From the IMG/VR virus record IMGVR_UViG_3300034102_002082, positions 65,857 to 129,856 of that record: a stretch of DNA of 64,000 bases; one strand, 5' to 3'. This document shows, piece by piece, positions 61,498 to 64,000 of this stretch. Made by a program: the position numbers and the translations under genes. This DNA comes from a virus. Under the pieces are notes generated by a model. It did no database searches. It saw only the letters and a list, made by a program, of their open reading frames with translations, and was not told the DNA's origin. Positions within the stretch are counted from its first letter, which is position 1, and each line of letters begins with the position of its first letter.

Positions 61498-61853
61498 AAT
61501 GTTAGTTTTTCGGTGTTCTTTATAAAATTTAAGTTAGTTTTCTCTTCTCGAAATAAAAATCGAGAAAGAAATAAAAGTGCTTGACAAAAGATAATTCTTC
61601 TGCCAACGTCACGAAATCACTTTTCTGATGTCGTAAAAAACATCGGATTTATTCTTTGAAAGTCTATTTAAGGTTCTGGTAACAAGTCGGCCAAAAGCTT
61701 GTTATATATGTAATTGCATACTCAACGGTCTGATGCCAATGACGATAAATACATATTAGATTGCAATATCATCAATAATTGACGTTATTGATGGGAGAGT
61801 GTTAGTTTTAAAAACGTACGTAGGAAGATAAAAGCTCCTACGTACACAATTCC

Positions 61854-61929
61854 GGTCATATGTTGTAGAGGTTCTGCATAGAAAGTTGTCAACTTTCGGG
61901 TCAGGGATCGTGCCCCTGTATGACCGCCA
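61854..61929 (+). tRNA. tRNA-Asp(GTC), atypical T loop
   Basis: Acceptor GGTCATA/TATGACC, G73, CCA; anticodon arm GAAAG-TTGTCAA-CTTTC; T loop ATCGTGC. Confidence 0.85.
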
Positions 61930-61994
61930 TTAAAATATGAGTTTAACTTCGTTTATTTTCGCCAGAAAGTTGTGGTTCGTATATATTTATATAC

Positions 61995-62861
61995 ATGAAA
62001 CATAAAATAGATTTGGGTAAGTTGGATTTCAGTAAAACGATATCCGAGTTGTCGAGAGAGCGGAATATTCCATTCACAACGATGAAAAGGATATTGAAAG
62101 ACAATAATCTTTTTTCTGATTTCAAGTCCGTTCCATTGCGGAACAAAAATATAGAACGATATAATTTAAACAAGAAAGTTTGCGTCCGATGTAATAAAGT
62201 ATTGGAATATGACCAGAGGAATAATAAGTTTTGTGGACATAGTTGTTCCAAGAACCATCAACCAAAGAGAGAAATATCCGAAGAACAAAAAATCAAAGTT
62301 AGGAACACGATGTTGGAGAAGCACAGGAACGGTGTGTTGTATATACCAATACCACCGAAGAAAGATAAAATTAAATGTGTATGTATTACATGTAATGATA
62401 TATTTGAAATCTTACCGTGTTACTCAAAAATTCGGAAATATTGTTCAAAAGAATGTTCGGATAAATCGCTTATTCGTGGTGGATATAGAAAAGAAGCAGG
62501 AACCAGATACTCTGGTTGGTATAGAGGATATTTTTGCAATTCGTCTTGGGAACTTGCTTGGATTATATTCTCATTAGAACATAATATAAAATTTTCTAGA
62601 AATTTAGAAGGATTCGATTATAATTTTGGTGGATCGATACATAAGTATTATCCCGATTTTTTATTGGAAGATAGTACATTTATAGAGGTAAAGGGATACG
62701 AAACGGAACAATGGAAAGCAAAATTACAACAATTTCCTAAAAAATTAACAGTAATATCGAAAAAGGAGATGAAGCCTATATTGGCTTACGTTAGATCAAA
62801 ATACGGAAAACAATTTATTAACTTGTACGAAAAGATAAATAAGGTTAATGAGAATTTTTGA
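61995..62861 (+). CDS. Zn-finger plus PD-(D/E)xK endonuclease (homing-type) within the tRNA array
   Basis: CxxC...FCxxSC repeats; SSWE, YYPDF, IEVKG; ATATTTAT upstream. Confidence 0.8.
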   Translation: MKHKIDLGKLDFSKTISELSRERNIPFTTMKRILKDNNLFSDFKSVPLRNKNIERYNLNKKVCVRCNKVLEYDQRNNKFCGHSCSKNHQPKREISEEQKIKVRNTMLEKHRNGVLYIPIPPKKDKIKCVCITCNDIFEILPCYSKIRKYCSKECSDKSLIRGGYRKEAGTRYSGWYRGYFCNSSWELAWIIFSLEHNIKFSRNLEGFDYNFGGSIHKYYPDFLLEDSTFIEVKGYETEQWKAKLQQFPKKLTVISKKEMKPILAYVRSKYGKQFINLYEKINKVNENF

Positions 62862-62880
62862 TAGATTCTAAATCTATATG

Positions 62881-63026
62881 GGTCTGGGACAACCTCGTAC
62901 TGGTGACTACGTTAATGTTCTGTAATTTTGGAGGGCTTGCCCGTAGGGGAGTCCTTAAACCGCCACTCTTGGGGTCCACATTAATTTTCCTACTAGCGTG
63001 TAAGCACGTATTGAATTGTGTTACCA
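62881..63026 (+). ncRNA. GC-rich structured RNA candidate
   Basis: TGGTGAC/GTTACCA closing stem, GAGGGCTT..CCC-GTAG-GGG..AGTCCTT hairpin, CGTG-TAAG-CACG hairpin. Confidence 0.4.
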
Positions 63027-63055
63027 ATTAAAATAACCACAAAAACTTTTGAAAA

Positions 63056-63126
63056 TTGGGTTGGTGTTAGAGTGGAGTTACTTCTTATTAAACGAAAAAA
63101 CCGCTCCATTCAATTGTTCCACCCAA
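63056..63126 (+). ncRNA. structured RNA motif copy A (TTACTTC motif; possibly Y-RNA-like)
   Basis: TTGGGT(T)GG/CCACCCAA outer stem, GAGTGGAG/CTCCATTC inner stem. Confidence 0.55.
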
Positions 63127-63137
63127 AATATTTATGC

Positions 63138-63218
63138 TGGTCTGTTGAAAGAAATCGGTTACTTCTTATGGCGAAACGCAGGGTCAAACCTGCTCTCCGA
63201 TTTCAAATGTTACGACCA
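63138..63218 (+). ncRNA. structured RNA motif copy B (TTACTTC motif with T-arm-like hairpin)
   Basis: TGGTC/GACCA outer stem, GAAATCGG/CCGATTTC inner stem, GCAGG-GTCAAA-CCTGC. Confidence 0.55.
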
Positions 63219-63226
63219 CAATTTTC

Positions 63227-63331
63227 CGGTGAGTAGAGAAATTAATATCGGCCTACGAAAAGTAGGTGGCCCTATGTCATGAACTAGTGAAAACATAGCA
63301 ACTGTTGGTGCAAGCCCAACTTCACCGACCA
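63227..63331 (+). ncRNA. tRNA-like RNA with non-canonical anticodon loop and very long variable arm
   Basis: CGGTGAG/TTCACCG-A-CCA; T arm GTTGG-TGCAAGC-CCAAC; internal hairpins GCCTAC/GTAGGT and CTATGT/ACATAG. Confidence 0.65.
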
Positions 63332-63466
63332 TTTTATCGTTGTGAATATCGCCCATAGTTGGTATATAACATAGTCCAACGTGGTATCGATAACGATGTT
63401 GAAGATATGAATAGATGTTATACTGTTTGTGTTAGAGTCGGTTTCTACGATAAATTAATTTTTTAT

Positions 63467-63542
63467 GGGTTCGTCGGCAATAGACAGTCAATCTCACTTC
63501 TAATGAGAATTAGTATGGGTGCAAGTCCCATCGAACCTACCA
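63467..63542 (+). tRNA. tRNA-Arg(TCT)
   Basis: GGGTTCG/CGAACCT-A-CCA; TCTCA-CTTCTAA-TGAGA. Confidence 0.88.
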
Positions 63543-63548
63543 TTTTAC

Positions 63549-63625
63549 GGGAATATAACTCAACTGAATAGAGTGTTTGTCTTCGAAACAAAAAGTTGCA
63601 AGTTTGAATCTTGCTATTCCTACCA
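63549..63625 (+). tRNA. tRNA-Arg(TCG)
   Basis: GGGAATA/TATTCCT-A-CCA; TTTGT-CTTCGAA-ACAAA. Confidence 0.88.
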
Positions 63626-63706
63626 GAGCGTTTTGGTAATTTTGGCATTGGATAAAATTATCTGAGTTTACTATAAAAATATTCTCATTAAAAAATGTTT
63701 TTCAAT

Positions 63707-63794
63707 GGTGTTATTCCCTTAGCAGCGAAAGGTTTGGCCTTTTAAGCCAACGATTAAAAATCCATCGGGGGTGCAAGTCCCTCTAACACCACCA
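63707..63794 (+). tRNA. tRNA with Lys anticodon (TTT) and long variable arm
   Basis: GGTGTTA/TAACACC-A-CCA; TTGGC-CTTTTAA-GCCAA; 16-nt variable region; T arm GGGGG-TGCAAGT-CCCTC. Confidence 0.8.
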
Positions 63795-63798
63795 TTTT

Positions 63799-63873
63799 TA
63801 CCTGTTAGCTCAGTGGCAGAGCAAGATGCTGTTAACATCAAGGTCCGTGGTTCGACCCCACGACAGGTAGCCA
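63799..63873 (+). tRNA. tRNA-Asn(GTT)
   Basis: TACCTGT/ACAGGTA-G-CCA; canonical D and T arms; GATG-CTGTTAA-CATC. Confidence 0.93.
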
Positions 63874-63886
63874 TTGTCAGTTATAT

Positions 63887-63964
63887 CGGTGCGTAGCGTA
63901 ACCTGGTTATCGTGCTCGCTTTGGAAGCGAAAAATTGTGGGTTCAAATCCCACCGTACCGACCA
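63887..63964 (+). tRNA. tRNA-Pro(TGG)
   Basis: CGGTGCG/CGTACCG-A-CCA; TCGC-TTTGGAA-GCGA; GGTTCAAATCC. Confidence 0.9.
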
Positions 63965-64000
63965 ATATATTTTTAGTTCAAACCATATTTTTTCGACCAT

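Noticed and set aside
61725-61760. Hammerhead ribozyme (CTGATG)
   Set aside because: No CTGATGA...GAAA core with flanking stems could be built.
63707-63794. tRNA-Leu(TAA) call suggested by the long variable arm
   Set aside because: The 5-bp stem TTGGC/GCCAA centres TTT, not TAA, in the 7-nt loop.
1-64000. Stop-codon reassignment, CRISPR array, integrase or rRNA
   Set aside because: Conserved genes are full length in the standard code with TAA, TGA and TAG all used as stops. No spaced direct repeats, recombinase or rRNA were seen.

Overview
A 64-kb segment of a large, AT-rich, lytic myovirus-type (jumbo-like) phage, read in the standard genetic code. From left to right: (1) a tail/baseplate module with two tail-chaperone paralogs, tape measure and baseplate proteins (0.3-11.3 kb). 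(2) A minus-strand T4-like replication and metabolism block: clamp loader, clamp, family-B polymerase, rIIA/rIIB, NAD salvage (NAMPT, NadD-like, Nudix), a VWA plus a fractured AAA+ ATPase, class II RNR, helicase, RNase H, RecA, SSB and a small PolA (11.9-42.7 kb). (3) An AT-rich strand switch with tandem sigma70 promoters (~43.8 kb). (4) A plus-strand accessory block: RNA ligase, phosphoesterases, CoaD-CoaE fusion, DNA ligase, macrodomain, ART and methyltransferase. (5) The start of a tRNA/ncRNA array (61.8-64 kb). Six free-standing homing-type endonucleases are scattered through the window. The top finding lies in front of the tRNA array: a 43-codon leader ORF containing all 20 amino acids and 36 different codons, whose last codons and stop can form an antiterminator that competes with an intrinsic terminator. 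This is a candidate pan-tRNA-sensing attenuator that would switch on phage tRNAs when any host tRNA is depleted. Other highlights are an intein-less fractured AAA+ gene split by an antisense endonuclease, two covarying copies of a structured RNA motif, atypical tRNAs, and tail chaperone G/GT apparently made by duplication rather than frameshifting. All calls come from reading motifs by eye; no searches were run.
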